NCBI GenBank assembly: GCA_964188305.1
Contig: OZ076889.1
Reading direction: 5' to 3' (one strand)
Source of the DNA: Podarcis bocagei
Lineage: Eukaryota
Length of the DNA: 64,000 bases
The notes beneath the pieces are model-generated. The model was not told where the DNA came from, made no database searches, and saw only the letters and a program-made list of their open reading frames with translations. Position numbers and translations under genes: made by a program. How positions within the stretch are numbered: position 1 is the first letter of the stretch; the number at the start of each line of letters is the position of its first letter. Below, one piece after another: positions 25,094-38,689 of this stretch.

Positions 25094-28000
25094 GTATTAT
25101 CTCTGAATGAGGTCATTGTGTCAAATTGATCTTGAACATGCTATCCCTGAAGCTAAATTTGTATCAGAATAAAGCAAAATGGAACAGAGAACAATCGAGA
25201 ATCTTATGCTTGGGGGGAAGTTACCAAATTCAATGAAATAGAACCAAATGACATCAATATGCTGCTAATGTGTTGTATAAGCAATAAAGTGGTACTCCAA
25301 CACAATGAGCAATACTGTGCAGTAACTTAATCGCATCACAACAGCAGCAAGGACTACTAACACATTGGGGAATCCGGAAGTAGCCTGTGTACCTGTCACC
25401 AAGTACACAAAAACAGTAACAAGTGAGGTAGACATATATGCGTACAATTGTGTCCATGATATACTTGGTTTCCATAATGCTTTCACCTCTTTCTTTTTTT
25501 AGGTGAAGTTGGGACTGGTATTCTCAGTACATGTGTATAGCCATATCATACACTACTGCATGCATGGTGATCAGTGAGTGGGTCTAAAACCCACAACATT
25601 AACATGAACTGTCCTGAATATTTCTCGCCATACGCTTTACTAATGGAACCTTCATTATGGAATTAGAAAAAAAGAATGATCACAAACTTCTGAAGATGAG
25701 AAAAATGCTTTGTGCCACATTCAACAAACCTGTGGCCCCCTCTGCTCTTCCCATGTCCCCCTATGTCCTCACCAAATTTACTTTGAATTTGAACGTGAGG
25801 AGAGGAATCATTCAATCAAACACGTGAAAATACTTGTGCTGATGGAATGATCTCCTTAGCACTATGATGAATATCACCCTTTATCAATGTGGTGTTTTTA
25901 AACTTTTGTTTTCCCATTCATTGTGAATTAAATAGATGTGAACAGGAATACAGAGTGTTCTATAAAATGAAACCAAGCCCATGCTTGCCTCTTGGGAGTA
26001 CGTAGTCCAAACCACTGACTAACTGTGCTTACAAGGTCACTGAATATTTCCACAATGCTGTATCAGGTATGGGGTGAGAACTACTGGAGTCACCCGACTT
26101 TAAAACTAAAACCTTCGAAAGGAAGATGTTTCATTGTTATTCAGTAGTTTTCCTGCCTAACATACCCTCAAGCCAAGGGCACTGCTGAACCAATAACTCC
26201 ATGCTGCTAAGCAATACTAAACTGAAACAGCAAGATTACAACTGTGGAAATCTGTCAAAACATCTGCTGCTCAAGAAATCTAGCTATGTACCTTAAAACA
26301 AAATCAAACATCTTATGCTGTAATGGCAATGTAGCTTCAACCAGAACATTTTTGTTTCTTAGCTGGCTCAGTTAAATTTAAATTCAGACTTTTGCATATT
26401 AGCAAATTGCAGCCTACCTTAAGAGATGATGGCTATAAAATAGCACCACATAGAGACCAGCATAAATTACTAAAAACTTGTGTGTGCATTTGAAAGGAAG
26501 TTACATACTAATTAAAAATAACAGCCACTCATCTTTCTTATTGTGATGCAGTACATGGAATGTTTGGGGATTTGCGTAAATTTGAAGCTGAAAATATTTC
26601 TGCAGTGTGCTTTAAAGTGTGAATTATGGGATTAGTGTTCAATCAACCAACATAGATGTCAGCTGTTCAGTATACATTTGACTCCTCAAATTATGATACT
26701 TAACTTATTTTGCCTCAGTGCTTTATAATCTGTGGTTTTCTAGCATCCCACTCTTGAGGAATCTCTCCCATATTGGTTATTCTGTATTCCTGTAAGTCTA
26801 CCATGGAACCTCGGTATCTTACAGCATTAGTGGCCACATCTACTGAAAATGATTAATGGTCCTCAAAACATTCCCTAGAATATACTCAACAGTCCCCTGC
26901 ATTGCACAATACAAATAGGGAGATCAGTAGAGGTGGCCATAATTGCCTTCTGTGAAAAGTACTGCTTTATGACTGCCTTAATACCCCTTGAACTGATCCA
27001 GTGCCTAATGTTGCTGGATGTACAGCTCAGACCATAACATCTCTATTTTTCTACAACCAAATCAAAGCAGAAACTTGGAAATATGACCTGCCCTGAGATC
27101 TTGTGGTAAAGGGCGGTATATAAATTTTAATAACAACAATGCCAAGCTTTTCCCATGCAATCCAGGCTGTACCCCTGTGTCCCACAGAGAGACTCCTCCT
27201 CCAATAAAATAGTATTTATCTTTCAAGAAGCATGACTTCTTAGTATTAAATAATTCAGTTCTTGTATATTTCAAAAGTGTCTTAAGAAACGATAGCAATA
27301 GGAGACTACTGAAACTACAATTTGCAGTGTATATCCCTATCTGTATGTTCAAAGTATTAGGCACGTCATCTGTCACTCCTTTTCTCCTAAGTGGATATTG
27401 AAACCTTTCTAATTCCATTCATACAAAACTGATTTTATCATCTCCCTATGCCACTACAATGGTGGAAATCTCCCATCATTCCTTCTGGTTTGTACTGAGA
27501 CTTCCATTTCCTCTCCTCCCCCATGTGCCCCAAAAATCTGCTCTGGAGGGTTCCTCAAACCTACAGAGCTGATTTTGAGGGTGCATAGGGGGTTGGAGAG
27601 GACAGAAGAGGAAGTGGATAGGGTAGGGTCAAGTATATTCCTTATAGTCACAAGGCATCAGCGGACAGCATCGTAGTGAGTCAAGTAAAACAAAACTAAG
27701 AACAGAATTGGAGTACAAGTCATTTTCCATAACCATGAGAAGTAAAACTTTCATACCCAGTATGTCCTTCTTGCATCCCCTCCTAACTGCAGTTTAACTA
27801 ATATGAACCCTAGTTGCTAGCATCCTGAGATATTGTATGCTTGAAAAGTGTGAAGTGAACCAAAGCTGACAGTCGAACGTTTATATTTGATTCATCAGAA
27901 GCTTTGGGGCAAACAAATGCTTGTAAAGTGACAGCTAATTTTTTTACCCTTCATTTACACCAGTGACATATGACAATCCTTAGTTGATCACCATTGTAGC

Positions 28001-28643
28001 ACTGCCAATGTTACAAAATATATTGAGCAAAAATGAAAAACCATACTGATTCAGATTTATTGTGGGTTTGTGAATTTTAGTCATGCCTCCAAGTGCTGTT
28101 GTTTTTTTAAAGTAACGAGTGGTCAATTGATAACCCTTCAACACAAATTATTCCTTCCAAGTGTGAGTCTCCAGAACTTTCAAGCTACATTTTAGTAGGA
28201 AGGACATGAGAAAGAAAGCATTTGTTATTGGCCTTGGAGTATCTTGGAACAAGGAACTATGAACATACATATGCTTCTCATATGGGAAATAATCTACTAT
28301 GAGGGCAAAACTATTTCCCCAGAGACTACATATGGTTGTGCCTTAAATATAGCGTGTTATGTTTCAGAAGAGGAGTATTTCTTATTTCTATAGCAGATGG
28401 AAAGGAAGTGTAAGGAATGTATAAAACCAGCATGCAGAGACATGTCCACAATAGCATTCCACTTTTTCAGAATGCAGCTAAAACATAACATTCTCTTGTA
28501 TGCAAGTTACCTCTGCAATTATTATTATTGTTATTGTTATTATTCATTTCATTTCTATACTGCTTTGCATTTTAAAGAAAAAACCCTCAAAGCAGTTTAC
28601 AACCTACATTAAAATGTCAAATAAAACAACACAGAGCAACAGG

Positions 28644-28801
28644 AAACAAAAATATTATCTTAAAGATTTCAAAAGAAAACATTTCAAAGGAGGTAAACTA
28701 CAGAATGCACATCTAATGCAGCAAACAAAAAATATTATCTTAAACATTTCAAAAGAAAACATTACTAAAGGAAGTCAAACAAAATGCACATTTAAAGCAG
28801 C
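28644..28801. repeat. Diverged ~80-bp tandem duplication
   Basis: aaacaaaaatattatcttaaa..atttcaaaagaaaacatt..aaagga..aatgcacat.taa.gcagc present twice. Confidence 0.7.
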
Positions 28802-31764
28802 ATAAGTAGCAAGAGAGTAAGATATCACAAGCCTAGAACAAGCTGCTTTTGCTGCCAATCCTGCCAATGGCAGTGCATGACAGGCGATGGCTGTGCAAGC
28901 TCAGGCTCAATGACCTGGGTCTGCACTAAGAGACAGCCAATTATTGATTAATTCAAAGAATTCAAGTATTTAAAAAATGCATTGGCCATGATCTGTATGC
29001 ATGCCTTAGGACTTGGGCATGACCAATAGTTAGTTAGTTAGAATTATTGTACCCTCGTTTCAAACTGTTTTTTGAAACATACTTGAGTTTCAAAAGCAGC
29101 TAATTGTGTAGTATGGGATTGGACCAGTGGCAGCTGTTCAATGAGAAAAATCCCACAAATAACCACAAATAGTCTATTCCAACACATTGTTTCTCAGCAG
29201 ATTTTGATTCGCATATTTATATTATGAGAAGGCAGACACAGCCATGAGGCCTAAGAAATGCAGGAAGGTTAAGAGTCAGTAGTGTAAATTTAATTCAAAA
29301 CAGGATCAGTGCGGGTTGAAAAGCAGATTACTTCTGTGAAACGTATCACTGCTAATATAGGAAAAGTCTAGGGCTTCAGGCTAACTTGGTAACATACATT
29401 ATATGATTTCGCTTTTATCTGACAGGTTTTTTGTTAATATGCTGGGGTCTTACAAAAGAAGACAGGGAAATTTCTAATCTTGAGGTCAAAATATATGGGA
29501 CAATGAAAATGCACAAGCCACTTAGTAAACTTTTTATTAAATTTCTGTAAGCAGCAGTATTTCTCCACCACCAAAGCTGCTGGTTTCCCCTTTGTGAAAC
29601 ACACCCATGCTTATCTTATCAGGGCAAATGGCTTAAGGGAGAAAACAATTTTATTCAGTGAAAATTGTGTAGTTTTGCCCTGATTTTGGATATAAAGGAA
29701 TGGATTGTACACAAATTAATCGAGATCTCCCTATAAAAACCATGCGCTCTATCTCTGGTAGAAGGCAAATAGTCTTAGGTTATTACTCTCTACACAGACT
29801 CTGCACATTTAATTTAGACAAGATGGGGCAGGCATTTATGCTATTGTATCCAGTGTTTCTATGGCTCTAAATTCGACTGCTGAATGTAAGAAAGGGAGGA
29901 ATACCATGAACAAGTGAGCCTGGTAACGATCACTGCAGGCTAATCAGACTTGACAGTAAATTGCATTTAGTCAAATTAATGTCAGAACTTCAAATTATTT
30001 GCAAACATCCCGTACTTTAATACCCCTCAATTTTTACCTCATTCCTCCAATTAAAAAATGAAGCCAGAGGAGCCTAGGGCACTACATGAGGAGAACAGAT
30101 TTGCTTCTGACAAAGTCTCATTGAATCATTGTTGCACGCCACACTTTTATGGGAAGTTCAGTAGCAGAAAGCGGAAGAGGCAAAAAGTAAAGAAACAAAA
30201 ATGTAATGGCTTAATGTACCTAAAGAAAGATGTAAAGGGATGGACCTGTATTGGGATGTGGTACATATTACCCCTCCCATCACGAACTCAGAACTGTTTC
30301 TAGTATGCCGATTTTGGTAAACTCAAATAGCAGCTGTTACCTGTTCCCAATAACTACAAACAGTGGCAGACATTCATTCTCTACCCATGAAGGTTTTTAT
30401 TTTTTCACTTGGCTTTAAGGAGTGCATTGCTGTACAAAAAGCCTCCACCATGTACACTGAACTAGATCCTAATTTAAGTTTATAATTTCAGCTATTACCA
30501 CTGTTAACTACCTTTACACCCTGTCTTTCCCCCAAGAAGCTAAAGGTAGCACACATTGTTACCCTCTAATTTTCTTCTCAAAACACCCAGTTTAAAGTCC
30601 AATTCTCTAATCACCATACTACAGCTAGATTGCATAATAAGGACAATGCTACAGTTTTTTGGGGGGTGGGGCAGGAGGGATAACCTCTGAGTGAAAAGCA
30701 AGGAAAATACAATCTTCATGTTTACTACAGTTTTGACCAATGGGCGCCTAGCCACCGAGGCACAAATAAGTCACAGTATGGCTTATTATGTCATGTGAAC
30801 CCAGACCATAAATTGTTTGTTTCAAACAAGCCATGAGCAGTAAGCCAGAAACAAACCAAGAACAAACCTACTATATAGAACATATGCAGATGACTGAATA
30901 TAAACAAAGCAAGGGGAATTATATTTTAACTACACCGTGGCTGCTTCATCCAGAGCTTTTATACATGGGCCACCCATAAACTTGCCTTGTCAAGTTCCAA
31001 TAGCAGTACCAATCCTAACAGGTGTTACTGTGGGATTAGAATTTTGACTGCCTAAAGGCTGGTGTGACATTGTCCAATGTGGTGCACTGTGTATATGTAT
31101 GTGTGTTAAAAAACCTGAGTTGTCTTCTTTGTACATTTCATGATATTTTATTTTTATTTTTAAAAAACTATTATCAGTATAATCACTAAACTGTATACCA
31201 GTATACAATTTGTAAAGAGGCTGCCTCAGGTTGTCCATTAAATCAGTGATCAGAGATAGTGACATGTTACTGAATTAATGCAGCCCCATCTTGTAACCTC
31301 CTGTTATCAAACAACTGCATGTAGCATTGCTTAGCAGCTAACAGCACTAAGCTAGAGAATGAAAGAATCTGAATTCCATTACTGTCTTTACCCAAACAAA
31401 ATATGCCATTTCGGGAGTAGTGACTTTTCACAGAAAAATGTAGGCAGACTCCAGTTCTAATGCTCTGCAGCTATTCTCTTCCAAGCTGCATGCCACTTGT
31501 TCGAAAATAAATTATCTAGGGTGAAATGCATAGAAAAGTATACAAAATGTATATATTATGAAGGTAAAGCTTACATAGGGAAAATGCATACAGAAATTCA
31601 TTGAATTTAAATGCAAAATTCTGATGAAGTCTTTTTTTTTTATTAAAAAAACCCAGCAGAAAAGGGATGAAACAAACTTAAGATTGAATGCATGATAAAC
31701 TGACACATAACAGAAATAGGCACACCTTGAATCAAGCCTGGAAGGGAACATACAACCAGGGCAG

Positions 31765-31925
31765 ATCAAGCAGTATTGGAGTAATATGCTCTGACCCACC
31801 TGTTCCAATAAAATAACCTGGAGGTGGTGTTTTGTACCAGCTGAAGGTTCTGGACACATTTCAAGGGCAGCCCCATGAGCATGTTACAGTAGTCAAGGCT
31901 GAAGGTGACCAGAACACACCTGATT
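31765..31925 (-). mobile_element. L2 LINE ORF2 fragment
   Basis: ORF 31766..31966 peptide LVTFSLDYCNMLMGLPLKCVQNLQLVQNTTSRL matches the L2 consensus motif LVxSRLDYCNxLxxGLP...LQLVQNAAARL. Confidence 0.75.
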
Positions 31926-34900
31926 GTGGTGAATTTTAAGTGAATTGCTCTTTTGAAGTGGATCACAGAAAGAGAAATGCAAGCTGTTAATTATTTTTGG
32001 GTGTCACAGCAATTCCCATATATAGTGATTATTTTGTTACATGCAGTCATGATACTTATTTGGTAATCTTTCTATTTACCACCAACTTCTATTTACCACC
32101 AACTTGGTCCTTGTCTGGACATGAAAAGTGGCAGATTGGAAGGGCAGCAGACAGCACTTATCCATATCTTTATCTAAAACAGAAGTGTTCAAAGTAAGTT
32201 TCTACAGAAACCAGAAGGTTGCACTGTCATGTTTCCTTCAGTCTAGTGTAGATCCCAGGTGTCAGCAGCCAGGGCTAGTGCCTACATGCTATTTGGTTTC
32301 TAAGGAAGGAAGTTGTGATGGCTGAGGCAGAAATGGCAACTTCCAGGTCCTCTTTTTGAAAAAGAGTTTGCAAAGGTACTTCTTCCAAACAGGAGGACAG
32401 AGGAAGTCTACTGTTTCACCTTTCCATCTCATCCCCAGAGTCTAATCACACCACTTCCTACACACACCAGGCATGATTGTGAGTCCCCACTTGTCTATCA
32501 TACGCCCAACATCCTAACTAAAAATGAAATATTATTTACATGTGGTAGCTATAGCTTTCACAACATGACATCTTTTCTCAACCACCATATCAGCACTTAT
32601 TTTGGAAACTGTTTTCCCCACAGCAGATGCATAACTCTTAATTTGAGTATATTCACGAGGAAGCCAATAAAGTAGGAACTTTAAACAGAACAAAAACAGC
32701 ATTTGTCCAGCTCTGGCAAAATGCATTTCACACTAATATTACTTTCAATGCCTGAGATATTTGATCCTGTCTGAGGAAAGATAATTCTGATGCTTTTTTT
32801 TTTTTAAAAAAAAGAAAAACACAACTGGACAGCATCAGGAAGGTGTGTGTGCGTGTGCTTCACCTAATTTACCTCCTTCCATAAAGCAGGACATATATTT
32901 CAAGCACTTGTCCAGCTTTTCTTTGAAAACAAGATTATACATCCTCTTCAGACATCTTGCCCCATTGTTGAGCTATTGATATAGTTCTAAGCAGTAAGAA
33001 AAATTGTGCAGTATCTTGGATAGTTCAACCCAGAATCTCACATAATTTAGCCTACGTTCTATTTTTAAAAATCCCAACTTAATTTTTATTATTGCTAAAG
33101 CAATTAGCCTAATAGTCTATCTGGCAAAGTGCAACCCATTACCTAACATGCGTTGCTAGCCTCTGTGACAGTGAGATTTAATGCAACCCTTTTGATCTGT
33201 GCCAATCCTTAAGAACCATATAAGCTCACAAACACATTATTCAGTTTAACAAAAATCTGAAAAATCTGTGTTGGCAAAATATGAAATGAAGCAACAGATT
33301 TTTCTAGAGAATTCTGTCCCAACTGGCTTATGCTGTCTGAACCCTTTGTGAAATCTAATAAGTAGTTTTGGACTATGAACTATGTAGTTAACATGCATAT
33401 GCTTAGATTCTGGACTAGGAAGAAGAAACTGACTTTCAAAAGTGAACTCCTTTTGTTGCAGCTTTATTCAGTTATGAAAACCAAAAGCCAGATGTGAAAA
33501 CTACTAACACTGATGAGGAAAATAAGGGGAGTAGCATTTATGATCCTTTACTTTCTTATTTGGCTAAAACTTAAATCTGTTAAGCATGTATATATTGTAA
33601 CAGATAATGGAAGAATTATGAACTAAGCTGTTACTGAAAAAGGTACCCTTAAAGGCATCACTATGAAAGAAAAAATGGATTCCACCAACCACTTTAAAAT
33701 AGGTGCAGAAGCAATGTTAGGCTTTCTTGTGAACATCAAACTGCTCTGGGGTGTAGAGAACAGAGTTGCAGTGATTCAATCCCTAAAATGTGTTCTTTAA
33801 AGTAAAAAAATATTATAAATGAAAATCAGAATTGGAATGATGCCCTTTATATACATATATAGGTTGAAATAGCCATCCATGGAACTCAACTAAAACTCAA
33901 TAGAGAAACATCTTCTATTGATTCCAAGAAATGTACAAACTTGCACAGGGATCATACCATAAAATTTTAATCTTACAGTCCTTGAGGAAGAGATCACTTT
34001 AAACGAAGTGCAGCATGCAAACATGCTACTCTTGCTACACAAAGAAGCAGTTGTAATCCTTACACTTCTTCTACCAAAACCAAAAGGAGAATATTTGTAA
34101 CTCAAAATATCCCAACGAAAGAATGTAACCAACATCCATTTTTCTGTCACACAGCCCTTTATTTGGGGTTATAAACCATGTACTATATGGGAGCTGTCCA
34201 GGGTATTGAAAGTAATTATGGGTATGGAAAGGGCTTAGGGAAGATTCTCATGTCACTGTTCTATTTTCTGAAATTGATTATTCTGTAATAAAGAGCACTG
34301 CAGCAAGAAAAATAGTCACACAAGTACATGGTTCCTAATGTGCGCAAAAGTTACACCTGACACCCCATTCTTATTCAGCTATGTAACCTCATGAACAACT
34401 ATGCAAGAATCTGCCTTTAGGTCAGATAAGCTGCATCAAGTATTTGGGTTCAAAACTTCCCACTTCAGAAAGATCCTTAAAAAGGAAATGCAGAATAGCC
34501 GAAAGCTTGGAGCACTTCTTAACAGAACTAATATGGTAATACAATATATTACTTTCTTCTGTAGCCAGGAGTTTAAAAGTAGCATGTTAACTGCCAAAAA
34601 TTAATAAACCATACACTTAGCAGTGCTTTGTTTATTAAAATATTTAATGTGTATTTATGTCTGCCAACATTCATTAAGACACGAATATATCGCCACATTA
34701 TTATTTCAGAAGAGGTATCTAAAATATGCTGGAGAAAGTTATCTAATCATTTGCACTGGATGGGACTAAGATAGTAAATTGGTTCTCTTTCTTTTGTTAA
34801 ATTGGTTCTCTTTCTTTTGAAACTACTGGATATGGGCATTGTGACAGTCACTGTTTATAAGAAAAATGCCTGGCAAATGTATCCATGTTCCTTTTATTTC

Positions 34901-36618
34901 ATTTTCCTGCTTTGTAAAATATAAAGTATACTTTCCTAAAAATTCAAGGTGGCAGCAATAATGGAGTCCCAATAAAGACAGGTGTGGTCTTAAGTCTGAA
35001 ATAGAGGAACTTTAAATTTTAAATGCATGTAAGAGGCTTAGAAGGAACAATTAAAAATAAGTTGTCCCCTACATACTTTCCCCCTGACAGTATGAATGAT
35101 ACTAACAGTTTGTATAGGTGTTATTAATTCCAGTCATCCACCACTTACGGAATAGTCATTAACTGTAAACAGTTAATATTTTGTTAATATTCTTTGTTAA
35201 CTCTTAGTGAAGGCTACACCTTTAAGTGAACAAATAAACACTACTCTGATTATTTAAGAAAAGCACTACCTGAAGTGGTTAACCCTAACATGATTTTGTG
35301 AAAGCCTAGTCCACTTTGATAGCTAAAAGATTTGAGTTGTCTCCATTTCAAAAGAAAATTTACTTGTTTTGCATGGCTAGTGTTTTAACATGTTCAGGAA
35401 GGGATATCTGACCAGTTTTCAAACTCTGGACCTTCTGAAATTAGATACTGACCTTTCCTGAAAAATCAGCAAAGTGAACAGAGAGACATTCCTATGCTCA
35501 AGCTTTTTTAAGCAATTCAAAATCCTTCGCATCTGCCTTTAGGAAGGTGGACTGACAAAAAAATCTACTGTGATTACGGATTTGCAAATGTGTGGTTTAC
35601 ATTTTCTGTGAAAATGGACCAAAGGGTGATAACCCATCATTTTAGGATACTAAACCTTTGCTTCTTTCATAAAACGACTTCTTAAAGGAAGTTGGCATGT
35701 TAATAATTCAAACTCAGCAAGGATCCCCTCGGTAAGGATCTATTCCTTCCTAGTGCTGATGAATGATTGAGCCTAATTTAGCTAAGTGCTGACAGGGCCA
35801 ACTAATGTTCAGCAACAATGATTGCATAAACAATGTTGTGCTTTAAGCAGCTAAGTGATATGAATACCAAGGCAAGGATACTACACCTATTATGTAATTT
35901 AACCAGAATGGCCAAAGCTTATTCTGTTTTGAACTGTCCTGTCCATAGATATCAGGAAGTATTGGGAACGGGTTCTTAAACAAAATCAAAATAGTTGAGA
36001 TCCATCCTACATATGTGAAATGGGTTAGAGAGGAAAGCACAGGAGTTTGCTTCTGCAATACTTAGTAGAGAATGCATCTTTACCAGCTGAAGCAGCAGCA
36101 TTTAAACAAGCCCCCAAATATACATGCATATGCAATCATTCCAGCAACATAATCTCTAGCCTGCAGGTTGCTGAAAATGTTCAAGGAGTTAACAACTGCA
36201 GAAAGAATTCAAACATTTTTCTGTCGTTCATTTCCATCTGAAGCTGGTAGCTCAACTCTCAACTCTACTACTCAGGTGTCAACACAGCTTGAGTTTAACT
36301 GTTCATCTAGAAAAGCTTTCTTGATGTTCTTTCTATGAGTTTGGGATTTTTATGAATACATAGGAGAACCCCCCCCCCAAAAAAATGTTTTTTTGTGTGT
36401 GCTATGTCCGTACTCATCCAGACAATCAAAAGGAATTCAGCCTTGCCTTTGATGTGTTTAATTTGATCTGACAGTGCTGCATAAACTGTTTTATCTGAGA
36501 ACCAAATAATGCAAATATATATCTGTATTGTACAAAACAAGTTTCAATTTGCTTTCCAAAAGGTAAGCTCTGCAAGTCCCAATAAAACCTTGTAACTTTT
36601 TCCAACAAAGCTACTTAC

Positions 36619-36725
36619 CAGGAAGCGAACATCATCAAAGCCATTGAGAAGCAGTTTGCTCTCATACTGCTGTAAGCCGATGGACTCCAGCCACTCCCCA
36701 ACACTCTGCTCCAGCATCCGTGAAC
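36619..36725 (-). CDS. ANKS1A: ANKS1A coding exon, SAM1 first half (G|[35 protein letters not shown]); 107 nt
   Basis: ttcctctctcgtcag acceptor, CTG|gtaagt donor. Lies within ORF 36544..36930. [25 protein letters not shown] is ANKS1A-type rather than ANKS1B-type. Confidence 0.96.
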
Positions 36726-36822
36726 CTGACGAGAGAGGAATCGGCAGACGCTTGAAAAAGGAAAACCCATTAAGGCGGTAGCAGCGGCACTCTGAGGAAG
36801 ACAGGTGGCATTGCCACATCAT
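36619..36822 (-). CDS. ANKS1A: Predicted alternative first coding exon of a short ANKS1A isoform: 5'-extended SAM1 exon starting [33 protein letters not shown]
   Basis: Open frame continuous with SAM1. ATG ATG at 36822-36817, with further in-frame ATGs at 36828 and 36834. Strong similarity to the recalled AIDA-1/ANKS1B short-isoform N-terminus. Confidence 0.72.
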
Positions 36823-37238
36823 AGTCATTACCATAAAGAAGCCAAACCAAGGCCAGAGCACAACAATTAGCTGACAGACAGTTCCTCTTCTGTACACAAA
36901 CCATGAACAATAAGCTTCTGTCCTGTTCAAACTAGAGTGTTAATCGGTCTCCTGGTTATACTCAAACAAACTCTGAATCCAAGCTGTTTAGAACCATTCC
37001 TGGGGCCAAGGCATCACATGCACTGATTTTCTGGCTCAAGTGCGCTCCTTGCCAGGCAAAAGCATCCCAAACCTCACAAGCCTCCTGGGTCAGCTCCTTG
37101 TTTCATCTGAGGGGGCTGAAAACTTTCCAAGGCATCATTCCAAGCCAAGGCTACAGGCACGAGAGACAAGAGAGGGCCAGCTCACAAATAAACACAGCCC
37201 AGCAGATGCTTGCATCCATGCAACTTCAGATGCATTAC

Positions 37239-37317
37239 CTTGTACAACAGGCCAGTAAGGAAGACTGTTAGCACTGGAGGTGCAAAGCAGTTAGAGAGAA
37301 AATACATCTTCATGCAG
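37239..37317 (-). other. Candidate 79-nt alternative exon (5' UTR or poison type) with clustered Rbfox motifs
   Basis: gtctgtttgtctctctcag acceptor, CAAG|gtaatg donor. Four minus-strand TGCATG motifs within 37017-37402. Confidence 0.4.
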
Positions 37318-38689
37318 CTGAGAGAGACAAACAGACACGATGGGTGTTCAGAAAAGCAGCAGCAGCCAGATTAGTGAACAGCTGTCCAAAGGAAGACATG
37401 CAAGACAAATAAAAACAAAAACAAAAAACACAAACTGCAGTAGAAGAATAAAGATTTATACTTTTTTTCCCCCAACAGTCCCGGAACAGGCAAACCATGG
37501 TACGGGCTTTTCTTTGTTATTTTATTATAAGGAGTGGAAGCATGAGGGACAACAAGCCTGAGCTTGGAAGTCCTGCCACTGTCATTTTATCACCTATCCA
37601 GATGCATGACATCCTGACAGCCGGTATTGACTGATCTGGGCTGGGAACCAGCGTCAACATCTAGACTGGAACAAATAAGTATACCGGAGCATCCAGTCTG
37701 AGCAAAAAGATAAATGGTCAGCTCATTTTCCACCCAACATGCCTGCTCCTGCCAGTTCTTTGTTCACTTGTATTTGCCCGTCCTTCATTTTCTTCCACTA
37801 AAGGCAAGTACTACCTTCAAATTCCTTACTGAGATAATGAACAGCTTTCAGAACAAAGCATCTTAGCTTGTTGGTTTAAGGGTGAGGAAAGCCAAGCAAG
37901 ATGAACACGCCCCCTCCCCTTTTCTCCGCAGCAGATAGGGTTAGATATGTCCTGGCACCTCCTTTCAGCCGGTTAGTCAGAAATAAATTCTTCCAAGAGC
38001 CCCGTAGAAGCTATATGGAACGCCTCTTCTTCCCTCCACACATCAGAGGAGAGTCTAGGAACTTGTTACTTTCCCTGTGCAGAACTGGTGATATTTGATG
38101 AAGCAAGGAAAGTTCAGAGCCCACGTCTTTGCAGTCCTCAGAGGAATTGCTATGCAAGTCACGCAGAATTTTCTCAGTCTTCCTAGCATGTCCGTCACTG
38201 AAGGGCATTTGCAAAATATTGATGAAGACACCGGGGTTGCAGTCTTTGAACCCTGTGGTTATCAGAAGTTCTGAACATCCTAAACTAGCCTCCACCCCTT
38301 TCTTTCCAGACTGCCTACACAATGCAGTGCTGGCTATTATCTGAACAATCGAGGGGTTAGAGATCCTGTTACGCTGGCCTTCAGAAAAGATCCTCTGTTA
38401 AGCAAGTCAGTGTTAATGAGTGCTCGGGAGCTGGCCAGCCTTCTTAATGCATACTGCAGCACAAGGGATGCAGCACTCACAAAAGATTTCCTCCTCCCTT
38501 CTCTGACAAAGCCTGGGCAAAGGGACAGCATCTATATCCCCAAATTCCAAGCAGCAGGCTCTTGCTGGCCAGAGATTCTTTCCTTATCCAGGGCTGATTC
38601 CTTTCTACTCCATAAGCAGGCAAAAGGACTCTGGTATTTTCCCAGGCAAGCATGTGTCCCTTTCAGAGAGCTGCAGCAGACTGCTTTGT

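Noticed and set aside
37815-37875. Long coding exon ending at the phase-1 donor GAAG|gtagta
   Set aside because: The frame closes with TAA about 20 codons upstream and has no ATG. At most a non-coding exon.
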